Shown: positions 27,308 to 37,006 of the stretch, piece by piece
How positions within the stretch are numbered: the stretch's first letter is position 1
How the letters are laid out: each line of letters opens with the position of its first letter
Source: Chloroflexota bacterium
GTDB lineage: Bacteria > Chloroflexota > Dehalococcoidia > UBA2979
Direction: 5' to 3'
Assembly (NCBI GenBank): GCA_027593235.1
Contig: JAQCIU010000022.1
Span: 1 to 53,126 of the forward strand
Length of the DNA: 53,126 nt
Position numbers and translations under genes: made by a program
The notes under the pieces: model-generated
What the model was told of the DNA's origin: nothing
Seen by the model: only the letters and a program-made list of their open reading frames with translations
Databases searched by the model: none

Positions 27308-28368
27308 CCGCGCCGGTATCGACCCTCGAAGCCGTCGTACACGGCAGCGTGACCGACGCCGAGCTGGCGCACCTTGGCCGCGCCCGCTCCGAGCTACTAG
27401 ATCTCTCTTCGAACCTGCACCCGGACGGCCCCGACCCCGCCGTCCTCGCCGCCTTCCGAGCTGCGGACGTCACCCACTACCCGGAGCCCGGCGCGGAGCC
27501 GCTGCGCTCGCTGCTCGCCGCGCATCACCGCCTCGAACCGGAGCAGTTGCTCGTCACCGCCGGCGCGACCGCGGCGATCCACCTCGCACTGCGAGCGCTG
27601 CTTCGACCCGGCGACGCGTGCGCGCTCTTCCCGCCCACGTTCGGGGAGTACGAGGCGGCAGTCCGTCTCACCGGAGCGACGGTCACCGAGTACCTCGGCG
27701 CCCCGCCGGACTTCGCTCCGCCCGAGCCGGTATCCACGGCCTCACTCGGCGTGCTCTGTAACCCGAACAATCCCACCGGCGCGTACCTCGAACGTTCCGC
27801 GGTGGAGTCCCTGGCCGCCCAGCTCGGCGGCCCACTGCTGCTCGATGTCGCGTACGACGCCTTCGTCGACGAGGCATGGGACGCCGACGCGCTTCCCCGC
27901 GAGGGCGCCCCGGTGGTCGTGGTCCACTCGATGACGAAGCTGCACGCCATCCCCGGCCTGCGGCTCGGCTACGTCACCGGCCCGGCCGCACTGATCGCGC
28001 GCCTCGAGGCGGCGCAGCCCTCGTGGTCCGTCGGTGCGCCCGCGCTCGCCGCCGGCATCGAGGCGCTGCGCCACGACGCCGCCCGCCGAGCGGCCATCGA
28101 CGACCTGCGCGCGTCCCGCGCTCGACTCCGAGGTGCGTTCGAGCGTGCCGAGGTCGAGTGCGCGCCCTCGCAGGCGAACTTCGTACTGGCGCGCGTCGGT
28201 GACGCTTCCGCGTTCCGCGCCCGGCTGATCGAGGTCAGCGGCGTCGCCGTTCGCGACACGACTTCGTTCGGCCTGCCGGACTGGATCCGCATCGCGGTCC
28301 CAGCTCGCGCCGCCTTGCCGCGCGTCCTCCAGGGTCTCAATGCCGTACTGACGGAGCGCCACCAATGA
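27304..28368 (+). CDS. cobD: L-threonine-O-3-phosphate decarboxylase (PLP class I/II)
   Basis: HGS...DLSSN, CNPNNPTG, SMTKLHAIPGLRLGY; ATGA overlaps with both cbiB and cobQ. Confidence 0.8.
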   Translation: MTAPVSTLEAVVHGSVTDAELAHLGRARSELLDLSSNLHPDGPDPAVLAAFRAADVTHYPEPGAEPLRSLLAAHHRLEPEQLLVTAGATAAIHLALRALLRPGDACALFPPTFGEYEAAVRLTGATVTEYLGAPPDFAPPEPVSTASLGVLCNPNNPTGAYLERSAVESLAAQLGGPLLLDVAYDAFVDEAWDADALPREGAPVVVVHSMTKLHAIPGLRLGYVTGPAALIARLEAAQPSWSVGAPALAAGIEALRHDAARRAAIDDLRASRARLRGAFERAEVECAPSQANFVLARVGDASAFRARLIEVSGVAVRDTTSFGLPDWIRIAVPARAALPRVLQGLNAVLTERHQ

Positions 28369-29864
28369 CCGCACCCGTACTGATGGTCCTCGGCACCGCA
28401 TCCTCGGTCGGCAAGAGCCTCCTTGTCACCGCGTTCTGCCGTCTATTCGCTCAAGACGGGGTCGCGGTCGCCCCATTCAAGTCGCAGAACATGTCGAACA
28501 ATGCGGATGTAACCCCCGACGGCCTCGAAATTGGTCGCTCGCAGTCCGAACAGGCTGCCGCCGCGCACCTCGCTCCCGCCGTCGAGATGAATCCGATCCT
28601 CCTCAAACCCTCCGGCGACCGCACCTCCCACGTCATCCTCAACGGCAGACCCGCCGGCACCCGGACCAGCGCCGACTTCATGCAGTCCCGCGAGGACCTC
28701 TGGGCGCACGCCGCCGCCGCGCTCGACACCCTCCGAGGGCGCTACGACCTCGTCGTCGCAGAGGGCGCGGGCGCCGCGATCGAGCCGAACCTCGCCGCCA
28801 CCGAGATCGTCAATCTCCGCGTCGCCCGCTACGCCGAGGCCACGACACTCCTCGTTGGTGACATCGACCGCGGCGGCGTCTTCGGGCACCTCCTCGGCAC
28901 CGTGGAGCTGATGCCCGAGGCCGATCGACGCCTCATCCGCGGTTTCCTGCTCAACCGCTTCCGAGGCGACCAGTCGCTGCTCGCCCCCGCGATCGAGGAC
29001 CTCGAGCGCCGCACCGGCATCCCCGTCCTCGGCGTCATCCCCTGGATCGACGCGGTCGCGCTCGCCGAGGAGGATGCGGTCGCCCTCGAACGCCGCAAGC
29101 CGGGCGCCGAGCGCACGGGCGCGACCGTCGACGTCGCCGTGGTCCACCTGCCGCGGGTCGCCAACTTCGACGACTTCGATCCGCTCCAGCGCGAGCCGAG
29201 CGTCCGGCTGCGCTACGTCTCAACGGTCGACGAGCTGGGCGACCCGGATCTGCTCATCCTGCCCGGCACCCGCGCCACCATCGCCGACCTCGAGTTCCTC
29301 CGCTCCCGAGGGCTCGACGAGGCGATCCGCGACCGCGCCGCCCACGGCACGCACATCCTCGGGATCTGCGGCGGCTACCAGATGCTCGGCGAGTGGCTCT
29401 TCGACCCCGAGGGCGTCGAGGCGGAAGTCGGGGCATCGGTCACCGGCCTCGGGCTGCTGCCGATCATGACCACCTTCGGCGGCGACAAGCAGACCATTCG
29501 CGTCACGGGCACCGTCCTTGGCGGGGCAGGCCCGTGGGCTGCGGCGCAGGGCGCACCTGTCGAGGGCTATGAGATCCACATGGGCCAGTCGGGCGGTGAC
29601 ACGGCGTCGTTCCTCGAATTGGACGGCCATCCCGACGGCGCGATTAGCGCCGACGGCCGCGTCGCCGGCACCTACCTGCATGGCCTCTTCGGCAGCGACG
29701 CACTCCGCCGCGGCCTGCTCGCCGGATTTGGCGTCGACACCTCCGAGGCCATTGACACCTCCGAGGCGCGCGAACGCGAGTTCGACCGCCTCGCCGCCGT
29801 CGTCCGCGAGCACGTGGACATGGACGCGATCCGCGCGATGCTCTGGCCGGACCAGCCCGCCTAG
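28365..29864 (+). CDS. cobQ: Cobyric acid synthase
   Basis: GTASSVGKS, PFKSQNMSNN, MNPILLKP, GICGGYQMLG, GYEIHMG, GTYLHG. Confidence 0.95.
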   Translation: MTAPVLMVLGTASSVGKSLLVTAFCRLFAQDGVAVAPFKSQNMSNNADVTPDGLEIGRSQSEQAAAAHLAPAVEMNPILLKPSGDRTSHVILNGRPAGTRTSADFMQSREDLWAHAAAALDTLRGRYDLVVAEGAGAAIEPNLAATEIVNLRVARYAEATTLLVGDIDRGGVFGHLLGTVELMPEADRRLIRGFLLNRFRGDQSLLAPAIEDLERRTGIPVLGVIPWIDAVALAEEDAVALERRKPGAERTGATVDVAVVHLPRVANFDDFDPLQREPSVRLRYVSTVDELGDPDLLILPGTRATIADLEFLRSRGLDEAIRDRAAHGTHILGICGGYQMLGEWLFDPEGVEAEVGASVTGLGLLPIMTTFGGDKQTIRVTGTVLGGAGPWAAAQGAPVEGYEIHMGQSGGDTASFLELDGHPDGAISADGRVAGTYLHGLFGSDALRRGLLAGFGVDTSEAIDTSEAREREFDRLAAVVREHVDMDAIRAMLWPDQPA

Positions 29865-31207
29865 CTCGCGCCGAGCCCGCTCCGCTCCACGAACGCATCG
29901 ACGATCGAGGCCAGCATCGGCTCGCCCGCCTCGGCGAACCCGTAGCGCGCCCGCACCACCGGCACCCGGATCGAGATCAGCGCCGCGAGGTCGATCGGTG
30001 TGCCCGACACGACTACGTCGCACGGCGTCGCATTGATCGTCTCCGCCAGCGCCGCGAGCTGTTCGTCGCCGTACCCCAGCGCCGGCAACACCGCGCCGAT
30101 ATGCGGGAACCGTGCCAGCGCCTCGGCGATCGCCGGGTGCGCCGTCGGCCGCGGGTCGACGATCTGCCCGGCGCCTGCCTCGACTGCCGCAACGTACCCC
30201 ACGCCGTATGCCATCCCGCCGTGTGTCAGCGTTGGCCCATCGTCCACCACCAGCACGCGCCGCCCGCGGACGGCATCTTCATCATCGAGCGTCACCGGTG
30301 ATGCGGCACGCACGATCGGCGCGTTCGGGTTGAGCCGCCGCGCCTCGCGCTCGGCCTCCTCGACCTGGTCGGCGGTCGCCGCGTTCACCTTGTTCACCAC
30401 AACCACGTCGGCCGATCGCAGCACGGCTTCGCCCGGGTGGTACCGGTCGGCATCCCCCGGTCGCAGCGCATCGGTCAGCGCGATCGCGAGGTTCGGCCGC
30501 AGGAACGAAAGATCGTTGTTCCCGCCGTCCCAGATCAGCACGTCCGCCTCGGCCTCCGCCTGGCGCGTGATCGCCTCGTAGTCCACGCCCGCGTACACGA
30601 GGTTGCCCGCCGCGATGTGCGGCTCGTACTCCTCGCGCTCCTCGATCGTGCAGTCGGCGGCATCGAGGTCTTCGCGACTGCTGAACCGCTGCACCGCCTG
30701 CTTCGCCAGGTCGCCGTACGGCATCGGGTGGCGCAGCACTGCGACCCGCAGCCCTCGCTCCCGCAGGCGTCGCCCCAGCCACCTCGATATCTGCGACTTG
30801 CCCGCTCCGGTTCGCGCCGCGCACACCGCGATCACCGGCACCGCCGCGTCGATCATCGTCCGCTCCGGCCCGAGCAGCCGAAAATCCGCTCCCGTCGCCA
30901 GCGCCCGCGACGCGAGGTGCATCACCGTCTCGTGCCGCACGTCGCTGTAGGCGAACACCACCTCGTCCACCTGCTCCGCCGCACAGACCGCTTCCAACTC
31001 GCTCTCCGGAACGATCGGGATGCCCTCGGGGTGGAACTCGCCCGCGAGCGAAGCCGGGTAGCGCCGCTGCTCAATCCCCGGGATCTGGGTCGCCGTGAAC
31101 GCCACCACCTCGGTCGCCGCGTCCCGCCGAAACGCCACGTTGAAGTTGTGAAAGTCCCGCCCCGCCGCTCCGAGGATCAACACTCGCCGCTTCGCTCCGT
31201 CGGGCAT
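29861..31207 (-). CDS. COG2403 P-loop protein (cyclic 2,3-diphosphoglycerate synthetase-like / arginine synthetase ArcE-like)
   Basis: GAAGRDFHNFN, ATQIP, RTGAGKSQ, RHPMPYG, TIEEREEYE, WDGGNND, DGPTLTHGGM; divergent from carbamate kinase. Confidence 0.8.
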   Translation of the reverse strand: MPDGAKRRVLILGAAGRDFHNFNVAFRRDAATEVVAFTATQIPGIEQRRYPASLAGEFHPEGIPIVPESELEAVCAAEQVDEVVFAYSDVRHETVMHLASRALATGADFRLLGPERTMIDAAVPVIAVCAARTGAGKSQISRWLGRRLRERGLRVAVLRHPMPYGDLAKQAVQRFSSREDLDAADCTIEEREEYEPHIAAGNLVYAGVDYEAITRQAEAEADVLIWDGGNNDLSFLRPNLAIALTDALRPGDADRYHPGEAVLRSADVVVVNKVNAATADQVEEAEREARRLNPNAPIVRAASPVTLDDEDAVRGRRVLVVDDGPTLTHGGMAYGVGYVAAVEAGAGQIVDPRPTAHPAIAEALARFPHIGAVLPALGYGDEQLAALAETINATPCDVVVSGTPIDLAALISIRVPVVRARYGFAEAGEPMLASIVDAFVERSGLGAS

Positions 31208-31359
31208 GACTTCGTCCTTTCGGCCACAGACCGCTGCTTTCGCACGTCCACTATCTCCGTCCGAGACGTCCCGCAGTCAGGCCGAACGTCACCGCCCGCA
31301 ATGACCGCCGCACTTGATGCGCGCCTGCTGCGCCCACCACAGTGCTCTCGCAGGCTCTC

Positions 31360-31394
31360 CCCGAAGGCCAGAAGGGGGGTCGAAGACCCCGAGG
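31360..31394 (+). repeat. Dispersed REP-like hairpin element, copy 2
   Basis: CCCGAAGGCCAGAAGGGGGGTCGAAGACCCCGAGG matches 7517-7551 (minus strand). Confidence 0.55.
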
Positions 31395-31405
31395 AGCGAC
31401 GAACC

Positions 31406-32320
31406 ATGCGTCTGGTGGTGGCCTTCGGTGGAAACGCGTTGCTGCGACGCGGCGAGTCGCAGGAGGAAGACGCCCAGCGCCGCAACATTCGCGAGGCGGT
31501 GCGCGTCCTCGCCACGCTCGCGCGCGACCACGACCTGGTCGTCACGCACGGTAACGGCCCGCAGGTCGGGCTGCTCGCCCTCGCCAGCGAGGCCTACCGC
31601 GAGGTGAAGCCGTACGCCCTCGACGTCCTCGGCGCGGAGAGCCAGGGCATGATCGGCTACCTCCTCGCTGAGGCGCTCCACGACGAGCTGCCCGACCGCC
31701 AGATCGCCCCGCTGCTCACCCAGGTCGTCGTCGACCACGACGACCCCGCGTTCGCCCACCCAACCAAGTTCATCGGCCCCGTCTACGACCACACCGAGGC
31801 CACTCGTCTCTCCGAGGAACGCGGCTGGTCGATCGCCCCTGACGGCGACCACTGGCGTCGCGTCGTCCCGTCGCCGGAGCCACGCGCCATCCTCGAGCTG
31901 CCAACGATCGCGCTCCTCGTGGAGGCGGGCGTCCTCGTGATCTGCGCGGGCGGCGGCGGCGTCCCCGTGATCGTCACCCCCGAGGGCGCCACCCACGGCG
32001 TCGAGGCCGTCGTCGACAAGGACCTGACCGCGGCGCTCCTCGCGCGCCAACTCGAGGCGGACGCGCTACTCCTGCTGACCGACGTCCCCGCGGTGATGGC
32101 GGACTGGCGGACGCCCTCGGAACGGCCGATCCGCTCCGCGACGCCCGAGGCCCTGCGCGCCCTCGAGTTCGCGCCCGGCTCGATGGCTCCGAAGGTCGAG
32201 GCCGCCTGCCGCTTCGCCGAACAGACCGGGCGGACCGCCTACATCGGAGCGCTCCTCGACGCGCCCTCAATGCTCGCGGGCACCGTCGGGACGCAAGTGT
32301 CGGTCAGCTTGACGGGCTGA
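31406..32320 (+). CDS. arcC: Carbamate kinase
   Basis: VAFGGNALL, THGNGPQVG, SQGMIGY, PTKFIGP, WRRVVPSPEP, EAVVDKD, GSMAPKVEAA. Confidence 0.95.
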   Translation: MRLVVAFGGNALLRRGESQEEDAQRRNIREAVRVLATLARDHDLVVTHGNGPQVGLLALASEAYREVKPYALDVLGAESQGMIGYLLAEALHDELPDRQIAPLLTQVVVDHDDPAFAHPTKFIGPVYDHTEATRLSEERGWSIAPDGDHWRRVVPSPEPRAILELPTIALLVEAGVLVICAGGGGVPVIVTPEGATHGVEAVVDKDLTAALLARQLEADALLLLTDVPAVMADWRTPSERPIRSATPEALRALEFAPGSMAPKVEAACRFAEQTGRTAYIGALLDAPSMLAGTVGTQVSVSLTG

Positions 32321-32351
32321 CCGACAGGTCGAGCCGCCAACCGGCCGGTCC

Positions 32352-32972
32352 CTACGGGTCGAACCAATCGCTGACCTGTCGCAGCAACGTGAGGTCGTCC
32401 TGTGCGATCCACTCGAAGCGCCAGACGTCGTATGGCGATTCGATGCTTGGAGCTGTGTAGCGGTACCAGATCACCCAGGCGTCGCGACCATCGACTCGCC
32501 CGGCTCCGATGATGCGCGCGTCCCGCGCCGGCGTGACCCCGAGATTCGTCGTTTCGATCGGGGAAATCCGGCGGAAGCCTCCGGCAACCCGGTCGACGAG
32601 TTGTCGAAGAACGTCGATGTTGCCGGAGTCGAGATCGGGCCGCGTCGCGAACTGTTCAGGCAGGACGTCGAAGCTCGTTGTGTTGGTGGACGTCTTCTCC
32701 GCGAACTCCTCGATCGTCACGGTCACCGCTGGTTGCTGCCGCATTGCGGCGTCCGACAGTTCGAGGATGTCGTGGGCCGACCGACCCTCGACAGCCACCG
32801 TCACCGCGAGGGGCGGCGGGCTGTCGCCGCTGTTCGCCCGCGGAGGGACGTCGTCGATCACCGGGAGTTCCGCCGCGTCGTGCGAGCTGCATGCGGTGAA
32901 CGTCGCCACGACCATGAACAATCCGAGGATCGCCGCCGCCGCTGCTCTGCTAGTTCGGCTGATGTGCTTCAT
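32352..32972 (-). CDS. Hypothetical lipoprotein
   Basis: Basic N-terminus, hydrophobic stretch, FTAC lipobox-like site; TACGAT lies 6 nt before the ATG. Confidence 0.6.
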   Translation of the reverse strand: MKHISRTSRAAAAAILGLFMVVATFTACSSHDAAELPVIDDVPPRANSGDSPPPLAVTVAVEGRSAHDILELSDAAMRQQPAVTVTIEEFAEKTSTNTTSFDVLPEQFATRPDLDSGNIDVLRQLVDRVAGGFRRISPIETTNLGVTPARDARIIGAGRVDGRDAWVIWYRYTAPSIESPYDVWRFEWIAQDDLTLLRQVSDWFDP

Positions 32973-33192
32973 GGGCCGATCGTATGGCCGCCTCGGACGC
33001 CGCTCGCCGTTGCCGTCGGATCGCCGCGACACCGAGCCACAGCGGGAACGCGAGGATCACCACCCCGAGGATCGCGACGATCGAACTCGGCTCGAGGCCG
33101 ACGAGGTCGTCGATCTCGTTGCGGATCCACTCCGCCAGCGTCGGGTCGATCGCCTCGGAGTGGTGTAGCGAGCTGCGGAGCAGCGGCAGCAT
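32950..33192 (-). CDS. Small hypothetical membrane protein
   Basis: ATG 3 nt after the MFS stop; one hydrophobic helix (IVAILGVVILAFPLWLGVAAI) followed by RRQRR. Confidence 0.5.
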   Translation of the reverse strand: MLPLLRSSLHHSEAIDPTLAEWIRNEIDDLVGLEPSSIVAILGVVILAFPLWLGVAAIRRQRRAASEAAIRSAHEAHQPN

Positions 33193-33195
33193 GAG

Positions 33196-34566
33196 CTAGC
33201 CGCCGGCCGCCGCTGGCTCGGGCTCGATCCCCCGAGGGCGCTCCACCGGCGAGTACCGCGCCGAATGCTGCTTCTCGCGAATCGAGAACGCCAGCGCTCC
33301 CGCCGCCACCAGCGCGACAGCGCCGAACGCGAACGGCGCGTCGTAGCTGCCCCAGCGGTCGAACGCGACGCCGAACAGGAACACCGCGAGCGCTCCCCCG
33401 AACTGGTGCGTCATCAGCGTCAGCCCCCCGAGCATCCCGATGTGCCGCACGCCGTACACGTCCGCCGTCAACGAAGTGGTCAGCGGCACCGTCGCTAGCC
33501 ACGATCCGCCACCCACGACCGCGAAGGTCCACAGCGCCGCGTCACCGGGCAGCACGATCAGCGCGATGAACGCGACTGCCCGAATCAGATAGACCGCGCC
33601 GAGCAGCGTCTTCCGCTGCATTCGGTCAGAGATCGATCCGATGAACAGCACGCTCGCCGCGTTGATGCCGCTCAGCAGCCCGAACGCCAGCGCCGCCGTG
33701 CCCGGCGAGATGCCCTCGTCGCCGGCCCAGCGCACGAAGTGGACCCCAATGCTCGCCGTCGTGATCCCACAGACCCAGTAGGCGATCGAGAGCTGCCAGA
33801 TCGGCGCTGAGCGGTAGGAATCCTGCCAGCGCTCCGCGTTGAGGTGCCCAACCGGCACGGTCTCGCCAGAGGCGGCGCGCTCCGCGACCGTCTCGTTCGA
33901 ATCCCCGTCGGGGTGCAGCCCCATATCCGAGGGGTCGCTGCGCACGATCCCCCACAGCAGCGGCACGCCGAGGACCAGCGAGATCACGCCCGCTGTCACC
34001 CACGCCGTCTGCCAGTTCGTCGCCAGGAACAGGTAGGTGAGGAACGGGACCAGCAGCAAGCCGCCGATCGAGCCGCCCGAGACCAGCAGGCTCATCGCCG
34101 TTCCGCGCTTCCGCCGGAACCAGCGCACCACGAAGACCCCGGTCATGCTCGGCGAGATGCCGCCCGCCGCCGAGGAGATCACCACCCCGTACAGCACCGT
34201 CAGCATCCAGACGTTCGTCACGAACGCCATGCCGATGAACGCGATGCCCATCACCGTCATGCTCACCAGCACGACCGGCCGGCCGCCGATCCGATCGACC
34301 AGCCGCCCGAGGAACGGCTGCGACAGTCCGTTCAGCAGCACACCGATCGAAGCAGCGATCGAGATTGCGCCAACCGAGACGTCCCAGTCCTCTTCCCAGG
34401 TCTCGACGAAGACACCGAAGGCCTGTCGCGTGCCCACCACCATCAACGTCGCGAAGAACAGCGCCCCGACGACGTACCAGCCATAGAAACGCCCGGTCGT
34501 CGGGGTGAGAGGTTCGGAACTCACGATGGTGGTGTCGCTCTCGGTATGTTCGCTTATTGGAGTCAC
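33196..34566 (-). CDS. MFS transporter
   Basis: About 12 hydrophobic segments; motif A GRLVDRIGGR; WFRRKRGTAMS. Confidence 0.92.
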   Translation of the reverse strand: MTPISEHTESDTTIVSSEPLTPTTGRFYGWYVVGALFFATLMVVGTRQAFGVFVETWEEDWDVSVGAISIAASIGVLLNGLSQPFLGRLVDRIGGRPVVLVSMTVMGIAFIGMAFVTNVWMLTVLYGVVISSAAGGISPSMTGVFVVRWFRRKRGTAMSLLVSGGSIGGLLLVPFLTYLFLATNWQTAWVTAGVISLVLGVPLLWGIVRSDPSDMGLHPDGDSNETVAERAASGETVPVGHLNAERWQDSYRSAPIWQLSIAYWVCGITTASIGVHFVRWAGDEGISPGTAALAFGLLSGINAASVLFIGSISDRMQRKTLLGAVYLIRAVAFIALIVLPGDAALWTFAVVGGGSWLATVPLTTSLTADVYGVRHIGMLGGLTLMTHQFGGALAVFLFGVAFDRWGSYDAPFAFGAVALVAAGALAFSIREKQHSARYSPVERPRGIEPEPAAAGG

Positions 34567-34676
34567 GTCAGCGTAACGCCCCGCGCCTGCTGCTGGGTGC
34601 GCGAAAGCGTGCGCACTTCGCTTCCCTTCGCCGCGCCTCTACCGGCACCATGGATGCCCGCCCGCAAGGAGGCTGC

Positions 34677-34997
34677 ATGGACTCACCCGAACTGATCGCA
34701 CTGCTCGGCGTTGGGCTTGCCGCCGGTTGGATTGCCAGCCGCATCGTCACCGGCGGGGGCCGCAGCGTCCTCGGCAGCCTCGTCGTTGGCGTCCTCGGCG
34801 CCTACATCGGCCCGCTCCTCCTCGAGGCTATCGAGGTCAACCCACCGGCCGGCCTGCTCGGCTCCATCGTCACCGCCGTCGTTGGTGCCGGCGCGCTGCT
34901 CGTCGTCGCCGAGGTGGTGGGCTCGCTCAAAATCGTCGTCGTCGGCGCCGTGATCGCGCTATTCGTCCTCGGGGGCATCTCCGTCTCCGTGAACTGA
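34677..34997 (+). CDS. GlsB/YeaQ/YmgE (transglycosylase-associated) membrane protein
   Basis: GLAAGWIAS...GSLVVGVLGAYIG...TAVVGAGALL; AGGAGG ribosome-binding site. Confidence 0.8.
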   Translation: MDSPELIALLGVGLAAGWIASRIVTGGGRSVLGSLVVGVLGAYIGPLLLEAIEVNPPAGLLGSIVTAVVGAGALLVVAEVVGSLKIVVVGAVIALFVLGGISVSVN

Positions 34998-35090
34998 CCC
35001 AACTCCAGACGACCGCGACGCCCGATCTTTCCGCCCGTGGCCACGGTCTCGCAGTAGCCTGATCGTGCGGCGTCACGAAAGGTGGGACGA

Positions 35091-36137
35091 ATGGGCCTCC
35101 TGGAGCTGATGGAGCAGAGCGATCACGAATCCGTCTACTTCCGGCGTGACCCGCGTTCCGGCCTGCGCGCGATCGTCGCCGTGCACTCCACGGTCCTCGG
35201 ACCCGCGCTCGGTGGCACCCGCTGGTACCCCTACCCCAACGAGGACGAAGCGCTCGAGGATGTACTCCGGCTCTCCTCCGCGATGACCGCGAAGGCCGCC
35301 GTCGCCGGATTGGCGTTCGGTGGTGGCAAGGCCGTCGTGATCGGCGATCCCCACGCGAAGACCCCCGCACAGATCGAGGCCTACGCACGCTTCGTCGACG
35401 ACCTCGGCGGCAGCTACGTCACCACCACGGACGTCGGCACCACCACCGCTGAGATGGATCAGATCAACGAGTTCACCCCGCACGTCGTCGGTGTGTCTCC
35501 CTCCCTCGGTGGCGGCGGTGACACCTCGGAACTCACCGCGCTCACGATCACCGAGGGCATGCGCGCCGCCCTCGAGGTCGCCTTCGACAGCGACACCTTC
35601 CAGGACCGGCACATCGTCGTGCTCGGTATTGGCAAGGTCGGCGCTCGGGTCGCCCGGATCGTCGCCGAGCGCGGTGCGCGCGTCACCCTCGCCGACATAC
35701 GTGCCAATGATGTCGCCGCCTTGGCCGCTGAACTCTCCGCCGAGGTCGTCGATCCAGCTGCGGCGATGACCACCGAGTGCGACGTCTTCTCGCCAAACGC
35801 GCTGGGCGGCCTGCTCAACCCGAACACGATCCCGCTGCTGCGTTGCCGCGTCGTCTGTGGCGGTGCGAACAACCAGCTCGCTTCCGATCCCTCGGACGCC
35901 CGCTTCCTCGCGGCGCGCAACATCGTCTACGCGCCCGACTACGTCGTGAACAGCGGCGGCCTGATCAGCGCTGCGGTCGAGCGTGACGGCTACGACGCGA
36001 AGCGCGCCCGCACGATCGCCGGCCGCGTCCACGACACGACCCTCACCCTCCTCCAAACCGCGAAGCGCGACGGCATCTCCACCGCCGAGGCGGCTCAGCA
36101 CCTCGTCGCCGCGCGCCTCGCCGCTGCCCGCCCCTAG
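35091..36137 (+). CDS. Leu/Val/Phe dehydrogenase (ELFV family)
   Basis: HSTVLGPALGGTR, GGGKAVVIG, GIGKVG, CGGANNQL, YAPDYVVNSGG. Confidence 0.9.
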   Translation: MGLLELMEQSDHESVYFRRDPRSGLRAIVAVHSTVLGPALGGTRWYPYPNEDEALEDVLRLSSAMTAKAAVAGLAFGGGKAVVIGDPHAKTPAQIEAYARFVDDLGGSYVTTTDVGTTTAEMDQINEFTPHVVGVSPSLGGGGDTSELTALTITEGMRAALEVAFDSDTFQDRHIVVLGIGKVGARVARIVAERGARVTLADIRANDVAALAAELSAEVVDPAAAMTTECDVFSPNALGGLLNPNTIPLLRCRVVCGGANNQLASDPSDARFLAARNIVYAPDYVVNSGGLISAAVERDGYDAKRARTIAGRVHDTTLTLLQTAKRDGISTAEAAQHLVAARLAAARP

Positions 36138-36183
36138 CTGCTACGTTCGCGCCGCCGAACGAGCCCAGCGAGGAGCCCCGACG

Positions 36184-36984
36184 ATGGACGACCTGACCGG
36201 CAAAGTCGCCGTCGTGACCGGTGCCGGTGACGGCATCGGCCGCGGTATCGCGCACGCCCTCGCCGGCGCCGGCGCTCGCGTCGCCATCGTCGATATCGAT
36301 CGCGCCGCCGCCGACCGCGTCGCCGCTGAACTCGAGGGCTCTCGAGCGTTCGTCGCCGACGTCACCGATGCCGCCGCGATGCGCGCACTCGCCGCCGAGG
36401 TGCGCTCGACGCTCGGCCCCGCTTCGATCCTCTGCAACAACGCCGGCGTCATGCTGGAGGGCAAGTTCACTGAATCGCCGGACGCGGACTGGCAATGGGT
36501 GTTCGGCGTGAACGTGCACGGCGTCGTAAACGGGGTGCAGGCGTTCATCGACCAGCTCCGCGAGCACGACCAGGCCCAGATCGTGAACACTGGCTCAATG
36601 GCCGGGCTCGCACCCCGCCTCGGGATGACGCTCGGCATCTACAGTGCGTCGAAGGCGGCGGTCGTCTCCTACTCCGAGATGCTGCGCGCGCAGCTCGCGG
36701 ACGAGGGCATTGGCGTGTCCGTGCTCTGTCCGTCCACCGTGAATACGCGGATCTGGGAGGCCGACCGGAATCGCCCCACGGAACTCGGCGAGGGCAAGTC
36801 GGTTCCGAAGCCGGGCCGCGCCTTCGAGGCGATCGACGGATTGGATGTCGGCCCGCTGGTGCTTCGCGGCATCCTCGAGAACCGCGGCTACATCTTCACC
36901 AGCGAAGACGCGCGGTCGCGTGTCGAAACGCGAACCGCCACAATCCTTGCCGACATCGCCCTCCACGACGCCGACCCGAAGTGA
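36184..36984 (+). CDS. Short-chain dehydrogenase/reductase
   Basis: TGAGDGIG, NNAG, NTGS, YSASK. Confidence 0.92.
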   Translation: MDDLTGKVAVVTGAGDGIGRGIAHALAGAGARVAIVDIDRAAADRVAAELEGSRAFVADVTDAAAMRALAAEVRSTLGPASILCNNAGVMLEGKFTESPDADWQWVFGVNVHGVVNGVQAFIDQLREHDQAQIVNTGSMAGLAPRLGMTLGIYSASKAAVVSYSEMLRAQLADEGIGVSVLCPSTVNTRIWEADRNRPTELGEGKSVPKPGRAFEAIDGLDVGPLVLRGILENRGYIFTSEDARSRVETRTATILADIALHDADPK

Positions 36985-37006
36985 TCTCGCCGATCGGAGC
37001 AGCCTG

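Noticed and set aside
29736-29767. 14-bp direct repeat GACACCTCCGAGGC in cobQ
   Set aside because: An in-frame 18-nt micro-duplication (DTSEAI-DTSEA) in a variable linker; no sign of an insertion element.
29861-29864. Convergent stop codons sharing CTAG (cobQ and the COG2403 gene)
   Set aside because: A common compact arrangement with no functional implication.
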